A stretch of 64,000 nt of DNA from Acidobacteriota bacterium (GCA_963663035.1 OY760074.1:1760001-1824000), one strand, 5' to 3'. Positions 48,630 to 59,125 are shown, counted from the first letter of the stretch. A program made the numbers and translations. The notes: generated by a model not told the origin, from the sequence alone.

Positions 48630-50402
48630 TCACAAATTATAGGTCTGTGCCTGCAAAAGACTGCTGGCGATATCCCTTCGCATCTGGATGGAAGGAAGCA
48701 GGCTGTGTTTGCAAAATCGTCGCAGAGCAGCCAGGTAGGTGCGTTGATCGTCCCCTTCAGAGACCGAGGCCACAACCTTCTTCCCGAAGAGATGGATTTT
48801 TTCGATCGCATCATGGATGTAACACTGGATTATTTTTTCATACAGCTGAACACCCTCAGGCCGGCTTTGAGCAATCTTCAAGACCCTGAGCAGCCCGCTT
48901 TCCATCGCATAAACCTCCATCGTCATGTCAGCCACGGCCATGACGATCTCCTGCTCATCGGTCAGCTCCTCACCATATTTTTGGGCTGCCAGACCCGCCA
49001 CCATCAAAGCGGCGTTTTTGGCATTTTCGACCATTCGCTTCTCTTCCGCCAGTGCCTCTGTCTGATCCAGCTCTTCGGGAAAAGCAGTGAGTTCGGAGAA
49101 GATTCGCTCGGTCGCCTGGATGAGTGCCAGTTCCCCCTTCATCGAACGCCGCAGCAGCATTCCAGTAATCAGAAGACGATTGATTTCGTTGGTCCCTTCA
49201 AAGATGCGATTGATCCGAGAATCTCGATAGTAGCGTTCCACTGGGTATTCCTGGCTATAGCCATTGCCGCCATAGATCTGAACCGCCTCGTCCACCACAT
49301 AGTCCAGCATTTCGGTGCCCCACACCTTGATGATTGAGCACTCTACCGCGTACTGTTCGATGGCCTTCAGGGCCTCGTCTGGCTTGTCCGCATCCACTTC
49401 CTGGAGCTCTCGGTCGATGAGACCCACCGTGCGATAGGCCATGCTTTCTCCAAGCCAGGTGCGGATCGCCATCTCTGCCAGTTTTTCCTGGATGGCCCCG
49501 AATTCGGCGATGGGACGCCCAAACTGCTGACGTTCCAGGGCGTAGCCAAGACTATCGCTGATGGCGGTCTTGGCGGCACCCACGCATCCCGCGCCCAATT
49601 TGAACCGGCCAATATTCAAAATGTTCAAGGCAATTTTGTGCCCCTTGCCTCTCTCTCCCAGGAGATTCTCAACCGGCACCGAAGCGTCCTGGAGGGCCAG
49701 AATGCGGGTTGAGGAGCCTTTGATTCCCAGCTTTTTCTCCTCCTCACCCAGCTTGACTCCCTCGAAATCCCGCTCCACGATAAAGGCACTGAAATCCTTC
49801 CCCTCGATCTGGGCAAAGACGATGAACAGATCGGCAAAACCCGCATTGGTGATCCACAGCTTTTCGCCGTTGAGAACCCAGTGCTTTCCGTCCTCGCTCA
49901 AGACGGCCGTGCTCTTGGCAGCCAGCGCATCAGACCCTGAGCTGGCTTCGGTCAAGGCGTAGGCTGCAAAAAGCTCACCCTTGGCCAGCTTGGGAAGATA
50001 ATTTTGCTTCTGCTCTTCGGTTCCAAAATAGACAATGGGAAGAGTGCCAATACCACAGTGGGCCCCGAAGGAGATGGCGAAGGATCCCACCTGCGACAGT
50101 TTCTCAGCCACGATGGTTGAACTGGGCTTATCCAATCCCAATCCTTCATATTTCTCAGGAACATCGATGGCCAGAAGATCCAGCTCAGCAGCTTTCCGGA
50201 GAAGCTCAACGGTGAGTTTGAGATCCTGATGTTCGATCTGCTCAATGCGGGGGAGTATCTCCTGTTCCACGAAACGCTCTGCCGTGGCGGCGATCATCTG
50301 ATGCTCCTCAGTAAAATCCTCGGGAGTGAAAACATCCTCCGGCTGGCTTGCGCTGATCAGAAATTCCCCACCCTTGAGTCTTGCTTTGCCCTCGGATTCC
50401 AT
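48630..50402 (-). CDS. acyl-CoA dehydrogenase (FadE/VLCAD-like)
   Basis: ALTEASSGSD, KLGIKGS, RQQFG, RIFEGTNEI. Confidence 0.94.
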   Translation of the reverse strand: MESEGKARLKGGEFLISASQPEDVFTPEDFTEEHQMIAATAERFVEQEILPRIEQIEHQDLKLTVELLRKAAELDLLAIDVPEKYEGLGLDKPSSTIVAEKLSQVGSFAISFGAHCGIGTLPIVYFGTEEQKQNYLPKLAKGELFAAYALTEASSGSDALAAKSTAVLSEDGKHWVLNGEKLWITNAGFADLFIVFAQIEGKDFSAFIVERDFEGVKLGEEEKKLGIKGSSTRILALQDASVPVENLLGERGKGHKIALNILNIGRFKLGAGCVGAAKTAISDSLGYALERQQFGRPIAEFGAIQEKLAEMAIRTWLGESMAYRTVGLIDRELQEVDADKPDEALKAIEQYAVECSIIKVWGTEMLDYVVDEAVQIYGGNGYSQEYPVERYYRDSRINRIFEGTNEINRLLITGMLLRRSMKGELALIQATERIFSELTAFPEELDQTEALAEEKRMVENAKNAALMVAGLAAQKYGEELTDEQEIVMAVADMTMEVYAMESGLLRVLKIAQSRPEGVQLYEKIIQCYIHDAIEKIHLFGKKVVASVSEGDDQRTYLAALRRFCKHSLLPSIQMRRDIASSLLQAQTYNL

Positions 50403-50413
50403 GAGTCTCTCCT

Positions 50414-50609
50414 TAGCTGGGATTATGCATAAATTGTCTACTGCAGTGCCGCAATCATCCACGCTGACTGCGTTGTACTTCCTTGGGCTCCTCGGCGCAC
50501 TGCATGAGTACGCCTGCGGGGCCCGACCCGCAAGCGGGTACCCCTGTCCGCCTTGTCATCGCAGCGCCTGCGGCACTTCGTCACGAAAACCTATGCATAA
50601 TACCAGCTA
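50414..50609. mobile_element. TA-flanked structured MITE-like element, copy A
   Basis: Ends tagctgggattatgcata / tatgcataataccagcta (17/18 IR); aligns end to end with 58900-59096. Confidence 0.75.
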
Positions 50610-50614
50610 TGAAG

Positions 50615-51127
50615 CTAGCCTTCGCTGACCCCACCTTCTAATTCCAGCAGCTTTTCTTTGGTAGCAAGGCCCCCGGCAAACCCCACCAGCGAGCCATCCT
50701 GACCAATCACGCGATGGCAGGGGACGACAATCGGCACCGGATTCCTTCCCACTGCGGCCCCCACAGCCTGGCTTGCGCGTGGATTGCCAATTCGGCTGGC
50801 CACTTCCCCATAGCTTACCGTCTCTCCGTAAGGGATCCTGAGCAGCTCATTCCAAACCTGAAGTTGAAAAGGTGTTCCCCTCAGATCCAAGGGCAGCTCA
50901 AAAGCGCCTCTTTTCCCCTCGAAGTACCCGGCGAGTTGTCCGATGGCCTTATGGACGGTCGGCTGCACACCCTTCTCAGGTAAGCAGGAGAAATGTCGAT
51001 TGAACCAAGAGGAGGAGTCAGCCGAAGATTGAACGGAGAAGCAGATTCGGCAGATCCCCTTCGGGCTTCCCGACACCACCAGTGTACCAACCGAACTCTC
51101 CAGCTCTTGAGAGTAAAGCGTGTTCAC
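50615..51127 (-). CDS. ogt: methylated-DNA-protein-cysteine methyltransferase
   Basis: GTPFQ..IPYG..NPVPIVVPCHRVI. Confidence 0.93.
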   Translation of the reverse strand: MNTLYSQELESSVGTLVVSGSPKGICRICFSVQSSADSSSWFNRHFSCLPEKGVQPTVHKAIGQLAGYFEGKRGAFELPLDLRGTPFQLQVWNELLRIPYGETVSYGEVASRIGNPRASQAVGAAVGRNPVPIVVPCHRVIGQDGSLVGFAGGLATKEKLLELEGGVSEG

Positions 51128-51140
51128 AATCCCTTTCTCC

Positions 51141-52907
51141 CTATTCCGGCAAAGCAAAAACATAAATCGCATTGTGGCCCCGGGGAGGATGGATCTGGGG
51201 GACCATCCGCAGGGGACCGCTGGTACCCGAAGTTCCGTCTCCCGTCAGCACGGCGACGTATTGCCTTCCGTTGACCGAGTAGGTGATGGTGCTCATTTGA
51301 ATGACACCCCCAAGAATCGTTTCCCAAAGAATCTTCCCGCTTTCGGCATCCAAGGCTCGGAGCCTTCGATTCAGATCTCCCCAAAAAATCAGGTCTCCGG
51401 CTGTAGCCAGCACAGCACCATTCCCGGGAATAGGCGCTTCGTAGAATCGCTGGATCTGACCTGTAGCCATGTTCACCTTAGCGATCCCGGCCAAAGTGCT
51501 GGGGTCAGAGCCGGGACGAGCGACCGACGTTCGGAGGTGCCCGTTCAGACTCTGCAGATTGGCGGTTCTATCGGAGCAGACATCGAAGTAGGGGATGTAA
51601 AGAGAATTTTTGCCCGGATGGTAAGCCATGGGCCAGTAGCCCTTGGTATTGTGGTAGCAAATGAGGTGTCTTTCACCGTCCTCTCTCAAGATCTTCTCCC
51701 CGTCGATAAAAGTCTGACCGGTCTCCACGTCGATGTCGGAAATATGGAAGTCAGGGGTGTCGTAGGGGAAGGGTGAGGTCCACAGGAACTGGCCCTGGTC
51801 GCGGTCCAGCACCCATATCCCTCCAGGCTCTCCTACCGAAACCACGATGTCCCGCTCCTGTCCGCGAGGTATCTGGGGGTTGATCCATTTGACCTCCCCG
51901 GGATCAGGTTCAACGGCCGTTCGGAAAAGAATGCGTTCCTGGGTATGATCGGCGTCCCAGTCGTCCCCCGGTATGTGCTGGTAGTACCAGGCCAGCTTGC
52001 CGGTGTCGGGGTCCAGGGCCAGGGTCGAATTGGTGTAAAGCTCCGCTGGCGTTGACAGCGGAACGGCCTCCATGTTCTCACCATGACGTTTGATCCGAGT
52101 GTGCGGCTTGGGATTGGCGGTTCCCCAGAAAACCAGATTGCGCACCGGGTCGTAAGATCCCGGCAGTCCCCAGGGCGAGGTGATCCTTTTCTCCACGGGC
52201 AAACCGGCCCAGGTGTCACCCCCCGGCTCGTTCGGCCCGGGGGTAGTGAAAAACCGCCACAGTTCCTGACCCGTCCGCGCGTCATTGGCCACGATGAAGC
52301 AACGCTCGTTTGGACAGGACCGTCCCGTGATGACCTTCCCCTCCACGACTATGGGCCCTGAGGTGTGCTGCGTGCCGGTCGTGTAGTCCTGCACCCTGGC
52401 TTCCCAGCGCAGCTCGCCCGTCCGCGCGTCCAGGGCCACCACGTAGCCGTCCGGGGCAGAGTAGAAAATGAGGTCCTCATAGATGGCAACGGTGCGGGCC
52501 CGTCCAACGTTGTTAACAAAGTCGCTCAAGTCCTCCGGTAGTGTGCGCCGGTACTCCCAAAGCAGATCTCCGTTGGTGGCATCGAGAGCCTGAACGACGG
52601 CCGTGGGAACGACGAGGTACATGACCCCGCGGTACACGATAGGAATAATCTCCTGAACACCGGGCGCCATTCCCCGTACCCACTCCATTCGGAGGTGCTC
52701 CACATTTTGCCCGTTGATTTGATCGAGCGGACTGAAGCGTTGGTTGTCATAGGTTCGGCTGAACATCAGCCAGTCATCCGGGCTGGGGTTCAGGAGCATC
52801 TCTCGCGTCACCGGAGTAAAGTTCTCGACCTGCGCCAGGGCCTCAGTCGCGATCACTCCGAAAAGGATGGAAGTAATGGAAATCATGAAAACTAAAGTTC
52901 TCAACAT
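51141..52907 (-). CDS. PQQ-dependent dehydrogenase (periplasmic beta-propeller)
   Basis: Signal peptide; RFSPLDQIN, ALDA.TG..W repeats, WYYQH..DDWDAD, GRQYVAV. Confidence 0.9.
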   Translation of the reverse strand: MLRTLVFMISITSILFGVIATEALAQVENFTPVTREMLLNPSPDDWLMFSRTYDNQRFSPLDQINGQNVEHLRMEWVRGMAPGVQEIIPIVYRGVMYLVVPTAVVQALDATNGDLLWEYRRTLPEDLSDFVNNVGRARTVAIYEDLIFYSAPDGYVVALDARTGELRWEARVQDYTTGTQHTSGPIVVEGKVITGRSCPNERCFIVANDARTGQELWRFFTTPGPNEPGGDTWAGLPVEKRITSPWGLPGSYDPVRNLVFWGTANPKPHTRIKRHGENMEAVPLSTPAELYTNSTLALDPDTGKLAWYYQHIPGDDWDADHTQERILFRTAVEPDPGEVKWINPQIPRGQERDIVVSVGEPGGIWVLDRDQGQFLWTSPFPYDTPDFHISDIDVETGQTFIDGEKILREDGERHLICYHNTKGYWPMAYHPGKNSLYIPYFDVCSDRTANLQSLNGHLRTSVARPGSDPSTLAGIAKVNMATGQIQRFYEAPIPGNGAVLATAGDLIFWGDLNRRLRALDAESGKILWETILGGVIQMSTITYSVNGRQYVAVLTGDGTSGTSGPLRMVPQIHPPRGHNAIYVFALPE

Positions 52908-53084
52908 GCCTGCCCTCCACATGGGAACCAGGATAGCCGCCTTTGCGCAACAGGCCCACCCTGTACCACAAATCCGGCGACTCCGAATCCAGTTTTAACA
53001 TGGTGTTTTCTCAACCGGGTTTCACGCTCCGACACATTGTAAGACAGTCATACATTACCCGGCAAGCGACAGGGAAACCGAAGC

Positions 53085-53113
53085 TTGACGTAACCGCTTG
53101 GTACGTGTAGTCT
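53085..53113 (+). promoter_or_regulatory. sigma70-type promoter of the amidohydrolase array
   Basis: TTGACG-17 bp-TAGTCT. Confidence 0.55.
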
Positions 53114-53201
53114 GCGGAACAATTCGAGAGGATCAATGGGGAGCTTTGTCAATCACCGGAGGCCTTAAAAGGTAACTTCAACAACCGGGAAGGATCATAC
53201 C

Positions 53202-55070
53202 ATGAAGAAGCACCACTTTTGGATGGCAGCTGCAGCCCTAGCAGCGAGCATCAGTTTCGGCTCTGCCCAGCAGGCTGCGGATACCATTTTGCACAACGGG
53301 AAGGTTCTGACCGTGGACGCGAATTTCAGCATTGCAGAGGCGGTGGCGGTTCGCGGCGACCAGATTCTGGCGGTGGGAACCAACAATGAGATTCTGCGGC
53401 TGGCCGGCCCCGACACGGTCAGGATTGACTTGAAGGGGAGAACGCTGACGCCGGGACTCGTCCATACCCACGTGCATCAGGAGTCCCCAGGGGGTTATGG
53501 CAGCGACCTGACCGCCGCGCAGCGCAAGCGATATCCTATAAACTTCAGACTGGTGAAGACCAAGGACGACGTCCTCAAACAGATCGAGGACATTATTGCG
53601 GCCTTCCCTTTCCAGCCGGGCGAGTGGATCCAGTTCTCCACCAATCCAAGGGGAGATCAGGCTCGGATGCTCTATGACGAGCTGGACCGGTGGGAACTAG
53701 ACAAGGCCGCTCCAGACAATCCGATTGCCTTGTCCATGGGAATACCGATCCTGAACATGGCGCTGGTCAACAGTAAGGCCATTGAAGCACTGTGGGACAG
53801 GTATGGCGACTTTGTTGAAACCTACGGGCGTTACTGGCTCGATTCCTCGGGCAGGCCCGATGGCCACCTGGAGCCTCCCGCCGTCCGCACCCTTGTTCAA
53901 GAGTTTATGCCGGAGCCCGACGTCGAACTCATGGCCCCGCTCTACAAGCAGGCTCTCCAGGAACGGGCAGCATTGGGTGTCACCACCATGTCAGGGGGTC
54001 TCCATGAATTCTCTGTGGACGTCTATCAATGGCTGGACGCCCGCGGTGAAATGCCACTGAGATATGGCTACGGTGTAGCCTGGACGTTTGGGATGCCCGG
54101 CGTGGACATGAAGCAGTATGAAATGGGCGGCGGCACCGATACGGTCTGGATCACTTCGATGAGTCCCCGGGCGATTGACGGGGCGGGCTCCAGAATGTGC
54201 ATTTCGCTCGACAGAGACTCCGACGCAGTGACCGCTGCTGCGGGAGAAGTCAGTGGGATGATGGGACTCTCTGCCATCTCCGAGTGGTGGCCGCGAGGGC
54301 AATGCCACATGGATATCGAGTACAGTGGAGGTTCCCGGGGAGCGAGTCTGAAGGGCAACTATTACCCCGAGTGGTTCAACGAGGTTGCCCAGGACGGTCT
54401 GCGCTCCGCCAATAATCACGTGTCTGGGGATGAGTCCCACTCCCGCTATATTTCGACGCTGGAAAGTATCGACCGGGCCAATCCGGGAGCGGTCAAAGGC
54501 TGGGGCCTGGATCATTGTAATATGATCAATCCCCAGGACATTCCCCGCGCAGCAAAGCTCGGACTGATGTGGAGCTGCAACATGGTAGACGCCATCATGA
54601 CGTCCATAGCCGATGCCTTTGGCGAGCAAGTGCTGCACAACTATGCAGTACCGATCAAGTCGATGCTTGATGCCGGCATTAACGTCTCCCAGGAGGGTCA
54701 GTGGGAAGGCATAGAAACCCTGGTCACGCGAAAAGACGTCAACGGCAAGGTCTGGGGAGCCCATGAACGGGTGGATCGGGAGACCGCCCTGAGGATCTCC
54801 ACCCAGAACGGGGCCAATTATGTTCTGAAAGGGGACAAGCTTGGCTCCATCGAGCCGGGAAAGCTGGCCGACCTGGTGGTCATCGATCGCGATTACCTGT
54901 CGATGCCCGAGGACGATTTTTCTGAAATCCAATCCCTGCTGACCATGCTGGGGGGTAAATTCATTTTCGTGCACACCGATTTTGCCGACGAGCAAAACCT
55001 GAGGCCAGCCGGCGCGCTCATCAGCACCTTGGAGGGTTTGCAGAGCCGCCGACCGGCGAGGACCTTCTAG
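53202..55070 (+). CDS. secreted amidohydrolase (Amidohydro_3, YtcJ/NfdA-like), paralogue 1
   Basis: Signal peptide; IDLKGRTLTPG..THVH; GSIEPGKLADLVVID. Confidence 0.9.
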   Translation: MKKHHFWMAAAALAASISFGSAQQAADTILHNGKVLTVDANFSIAEAVAVRGDQILAVGTNNEILRLAGPDTVRIDLKGRTLTPGLVHTHVHQESPGGYGSDLTAAQRKRYPINFRLVKTKDDVLKQIEDIIAAFPFQPGEWIQFSTNPRGDQARMLYDELDRWELDKAAPDNPIALSMGIPILNMALVNSKAIEALWDRYGDFVETYGRYWLDSSGRPDGHLEPPAVRTLVQEFMPEPDVELMAPLYKQALQERAALGVTTMSGGLHEFSVDVYQWLDARGEMPLRYGYGVAWTFGMPGVDMKQYEMGGGTDTVWITSMSPRAIDGAGSRMCISLDRDSDAVTAAAGEVSGMMGLSAISEWWPRGQCHMDIEYSGGSRGASLKGNYYPEWFNEVAQDGLRSANNHVSGDESHSRYISTLESIDRANPGAVKGWGLDHCNMINPQDIPRAAKLGLMWSCNMVDAIMTSIADAFGEQVLHNYAVPIKSMLDAGINVSQEGQWEGIETLVTRKDVNGKVWGAHERVDRETALRISTQNGANYVLKGDKLGSIEPGKLADLVVIDRDYLSMPEDDFSEIQSLLTMLGGKFIFVHTDFADEQNLRPAGALISTLEGLQSRRPARTF

Positions 55071-55104
55071 GGGTATGGGAATAACGAGGTTTGAAGGGAT
55101 CACC

Positions 55105-56973
55105 ATGAAGAAGCACCAGTTTTGGATGGCAACTGCAGCCCTGGCAGCGAGCATCAGTTTCGGCTCTGCGCAACAGGCTGCAGACACGATTTTGCACAAC
55201 GGGAAGGTTTTGACCGTGGACGCGAATTTCAGCATTGCCGAGGCGGTGGCGGTTCGCGGCACCGAGATTCTGGCGGTGGGAACCAACAATGAGATTCTGC
55301 GGCTGGCCGGTCCCGACACGGTCAGGATTGACTTGAAGGGGAGAACGTTGACGCCGGGGCTCATCAATACCCACGTGCATCAAGAATCTCCTGGGGGTTA
55401 TGGCACTGACCTGACCGCACCGCAGCGCGCCCAGTATCCTTTGAACTTCAGAACCGTCAAAACCAAAGACGACGTCCTCAAGCAGATCGAGGACATTATT
55501 GCGGCCTTCCAGATCCCGCCGGGCGAGTGGATTAATTTCTCCACCAATCCGAGGGGAGATCAGGCCAGGATTCTCTATGACGACCTGGACCGGTGGGAAC
55601 TGGACAAGGCCGCTCCAGACAATCCTATTGGTTTGTCCATGGGAATACCGATCCTGAACATGGCGCTGGTCAACAGCTTGGCCATTGAAGCGCTGTGGGA
55701 CAAGTATGGCGACTTCGTTGAGACCTACGGCCGCTACTGGGTGGATGCCTCCGGCCGTCCCGACGGTCACCTGGAGCCTCCCGCCGTGCGCACCCTTGTT
55801 CAAACGTTTATGCCGGAGCCCGACGTCGAACTCATGGCCCCGCTCTACAAGAAGGCTCTCGAGGAACGGGCAGCCTTGGGTGTGACCACCATGTCGGGAG
55901 GTCTTCATGAATTCTCCGTGGATGTCTATCAATGGCTGGACGCCCGCGGTGAAATGCCGCTGAGATATGGCTACGGTGTAGCCTGGACGTTTGGGATGCC
56001 AGGTATGGACATGAAGCAGTACGAAATGGGCGGCGGCAGCGACACGGTGTGGATCACTTCGATGAGTCCCCGGGCGATTGACGGGGCGGGTTCCAGAATG
56101 TGCATTTCGCTCGACAGGGACTCCGACGCTGTGACTGCTGCTGCGGGGGAAGTCAGTGGGATGATGGGACTCTCTGCCATCTCCGAGTGGTGGCCGCGCG
56201 GCCAATGCCATATGGACATCGAGTACGGTGGAGGAACCCGAGGGGCGAGTCTGAAGGGCAACTATTACCCCGAGTGGTTTGCCGAGGTTGCCCGGGACGG
56301 TCTGCGCTCCGCCAATAATCACGTGGATGGGGATGAGTCCCACGCCCGCTATATTTCGACGCTGGAACGTATCGACCAAGCCAATCCGGGATCGGTCAAA
56401 GGATGGGCCATGGACCATTGTAATATGATCAGGCCCGAGGACATTCCACGCGCTGCAAAGCTCGGACTGATGTGGAGTTGCAACATGGATAGAGCTGTCT
56501 CGACGCCCGTGGCCGCGGCCTTTGGCGATGAAATACTGCACACCTATGCTGCACCCATCAAGTCCATGCTGGAGGCCGGCGTTAACGTCTCCCAGGAGGG
56601 GCAGTGGGACGGAATCGAACACATGATCACGCGAAAGGACGAAGATGGCAAGGTCTGGGGAGCCCATGAACGGGTGGACCGGGAGACCGCCTTGAGAGTC
56701 TCCACCCAGAACGGGGCCAATTATGTTCTGAAAGGGGACCAACTTGGCTCCATCGAGCCGGGCAAACTGGCCGACCTGGTGGTCATCGACCGCGATTACC
56801 TGTCGATGCCCGAGGATGATTTTTCTGAAATCCAATCCCTGCTGACCATGTTGGGGGGCAAATTCATTTTCGTGCACACCGATTTTGCAGACGAGCAAAA
56901 CCTGAGGCCAGCCGGCGCGCTCATCAGCACATTGGAGGGTTTGCAGAGCCGCAGACCGGCGAGGAACTTTTAG
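55105..56973 (+). CDS. secreted amidohydrolase, paralogue 2
   Basis: Same motifs; start at MKKHQF by alignment with siblings. Confidence 0.9.
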   Translation: MKKHQFWMATAALAASISFGSAQQAADTILHNGKVLTVDANFSIAEAVAVRGTEILAVGTNNEILRLAGPDTVRIDLKGRTLTPGLINTHVHQESPGGYGTDLTAPQRAQYPLNFRTVKTKDDVLKQIEDIIAAFQIPPGEWINFSTNPRGDQARILYDDLDRWELDKAAPDNPIGLSMGIPILNMALVNSLAIEALWDKYGDFVETYGRYWVDASGRPDGHLEPPAVRTLVQTFMPEPDVELMAPLYKKALEERAALGVTTMSGGLHEFSVDVYQWLDARGEMPLRYGYGVAWTFGMPGMDMKQYEMGGGSDTVWITSMSPRAIDGAGSRMCISLDRDSDAVTAAAGEVSGMMGLSAISEWWPRGQCHMDIEYGGGTRGASLKGNYYPEWFAEVARDGLRSANNHVDGDESHARYISTLERIDQANPGSVKGWAMDHCNMIRPEDIPRAAKLGLMWSCNMDRAVSTPVAAAFGDEILHTYAAPIKSMLEAGVNVSQEGQWDGIEHMITRKDEDGKVWGAHERVDRETALRVSTQNGANYVLKGDQLGSIEPGKLADLVVIDRDYLSMPEDDFSEIQSLLTMLGGKFIFVHTDFADEQNLRPAGALISTLEGLQSRRPARNF

Positions 56974-57033
56974 AGCTATGGGATTATGAGGTTTGAAAGT
57001 TAAGGGGCACTTCAACGACCGGGAGGGATCACC

Positions 57034-58902
57034 ATGAAGAAGCACCAGTTTTGGATGGCAGTTGCAGCCATTGCAGCGAGTATCAGTTTCGGCTCTGCCC
57101 AGCAGGCTGCGGACACGATTTTACACAACGGGAAGGTTCTGACCGTTGACGCGGATTTCAGCATTGCGGAAGCGGTGGCGGTTCGCGGCGACCAGATTCT
57201 GGCGGTGGGAACCAACAATGAGATTCTGCGTCTGGCCGGCCCCGATACGGTCAGCATCGACTTGAAGGGGAAAACGGTGACGCCGGGAATCATCCATACC
57301 CACGTGCATCAGGAATCCCCTGGGGGTTATGGCAGCAACCTGACCGCCGCGCAGCACAAGCGATATCCTTTGAACTTTAGAACCGTCAGAACCAAGGACG
57401 ACATCCTCAAGCAGATCGAAGACATCATTGCGGCCTTCGACTTCGAGCCGGGCGAGTGGATCTCTTTCACCACCAACCCGACGGGGGATCAGGCCAGGAT
57501 CCTCTATGACGACCTGAACCGGTGGGAACTGGACAAGGCCGCTCCGGACAATCCGATCACCGTGTCCCTGGGAGTACCGATCCTGAACATGCTGCTGGTC
57601 AACGGTAAGGCTATCGATGCGCTGTGGGACAGGTATGGCGACTTTGTTGAAACCTACGGGCGCTACTGGGTCGACGACCGCGGCCGTCCCGACGGTCATC
57701 TGGAGCCGCCGGCCGTCCGTGCTCTGGTTCAAACGTTTGTGCAGGAGCCCGAGGTCGAGCTCATGGCCCCGCTCTACAAAAAGACTCTCGAGGAGCGGTC
57801 AGCAATCGGTATCACGACCCTTTCTGGGGGTCTCCATGAATTCTCAGTGGATGTCTATAAATGGCTCGACGCCCGCGGTGAAATGCCGCTGAGATACGGC
57901 TACGGTGTAGCCTGGACGTTCGGAATGCCAGGCGTGGACATGACGGAGTACGAAATGGGAGGCGGCACCGACACGCTCTGGATCACTTCGATGAGTCCCC
58001 GAGGGATTGACGGGGCGGGCTCCAGAATGTGCATTTCGCTGGACAGAGACTCCGACGCAGTGACCACCGCCGGGGGAGGAGTCAGTGGAATGATGGGACT
58101 CTCTGCCATCTCCGAATGGTGGCCGCGCGGGCAGTGCCACATGGACATCGAGTACAAAGGAGGTGCTCGGGGGGCAAGCATCAGGCGCAACTACTTCCCG
58201 GAGTGGTACACCGAGGTAGCCCGGGGCGGTCAGCGCGCCGCCAATACTCACATGTCTGGGGATGAGTCCCACACCCGCTATATTTCGGCGCTGGAACGTC
58301 TCGACCGGGCCAATCCGGGAGCGGTCAAAGGCTGGGCCATGGACCATTGCAGTATGATCAAGCCCCTCGACATTCCACGCGCGGCAAGGCTCGGACTGAT
58401 GTGGAGCTGCAACATGGCCAGCGCTATCTCGACGCCCCTGGCCGCGGCCTTTGGCGATGAAGTGCTGCACACCTATGCTGCACCCATCAAGTCCATGCTG
58501 GATGCCGGCGTTAACGTCTCCCAGGAGGGGGCGTGGGACGGTATGGAAACCATGATCACGCGCAAGGACGATGAAGGCAAGGTCTGGGGACCCGATGAAC
58601 GGGTGGACCGGGAAACCGCCTTGAGAGTCTCCACCCAGAACGGGGCCAATTATGTCCTGAAAGGCGACAAGCTTGGCTCCATCGAGCCGGGAAAGCTGGC
58701 CGACCTGGTGGTCATCGACAGCGACTACCTGACGATGCCCGAGGAAGATATTTCTGAAGTCCAATCCCTGCTGACCCTGTTGGGGGGCAGATTCATCTTC
58801 GTGCGCTCCGATTTTGCCGACGAGCACAACCTGAGACCGGCCGGCGCGCTCATTAGCACCTTGGAAGATTTGCAGAGCCGCCGCCCGGCCAACAACTTTT
58901 AG
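57034..58902 (+). CDS. secreted amidohydrolase, paralogue 3
   Basis: Same motifs, 622 aa. Confidence 0.9.
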   Translation: MKKHQFWMAVAAIAASISFGSAQQAADTILHNGKVLTVDADFSIAEAVAVRGDQILAVGTNNEILRLAGPDTVSIDLKGKTVTPGIIHTHVHQESPGGYGSNLTAAQHKRYPLNFRTVRTKDDILKQIEDIIAAFDFEPGEWISFTTNPTGDQARILYDDLNRWELDKAAPDNPITVSLGVPILNMLLVNGKAIDALWDRYGDFVETYGRYWVDDRGRPDGHLEPPAVRALVQTFVQEPEVELMAPLYKKTLEERSAIGITTLSGGLHEFSVDVYKWLDARGEMPLRYGYGVAWTFGMPGVDMTEYEMGGGTDTLWITSMSPRGIDGAGSRMCISLDRDSDAVTTAGGGVSGMMGLSAISEWWPRGQCHMDIEYKGGARGASIRRNYFPEWYTEVARGGQRAANTHMSGDESHTRYISALERLDRANPGAVKGWAMDHCSMIKPLDIPRAARLGLMWSCNMASAISTPLAAAFGDEVLHTYAAPIKSMLDAGVNVSQEGAWDGMETMITRKDDEGKVWGPDERVDRETALRVSTQNGANYVLKGDKLGSIEPGKLADLVVIDSDYLTMPEEDISEVQSLLTLLGGRFIFVRSDFADEHNLRPAGALISTLEDLQSRRPANNF

Positions 58903-59096
58903 CCCGCATTATGCATAAATTTTCTGCTACAGTGGCGCAATCATCCGCGCTGACGGCGTTGTCCTTCCTTGCGCTCCTCGGCGTACTGCACGAGTACGCC
59001 TGCGGGACGCGACCCGCAAGCGGGTACCCCTCACACGCCTTGTCATCGCGGCGCTTGCGCCACTTCGCTACGAAAACCTATGCATAGTGCGGGCTA
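58900..59096. mobile_element. TA-flanked structured MITE-like element, copy B
   Basis: Ends tagcccgcattatgcata / tatgcatagtgcgggcta (17/18 IR); sits at the stop codon of paralogue 3 and is absent from the sibling spacers. Confidence 0.8.
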
Positions 59097-59125
59097 GGGC
59101 ACTTCAACAACAAGGAGCAATCACC

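Noticed and set aside
50403-50628. Cys-rich small ORFs and an N-terminal extension of the acyl-CoA dehydrogenase
   Set aside because: They derive from the MITE-like element; the RBS aaggag supports the start at 50402
51940-51975. Lanthanide dependence from the WDAD motif
   Set aside because: The extra Asp also occurs in PQQ enzymes not known to use lanthanides; the motif alone is not diagnostic outside the XoxF/PedH clades
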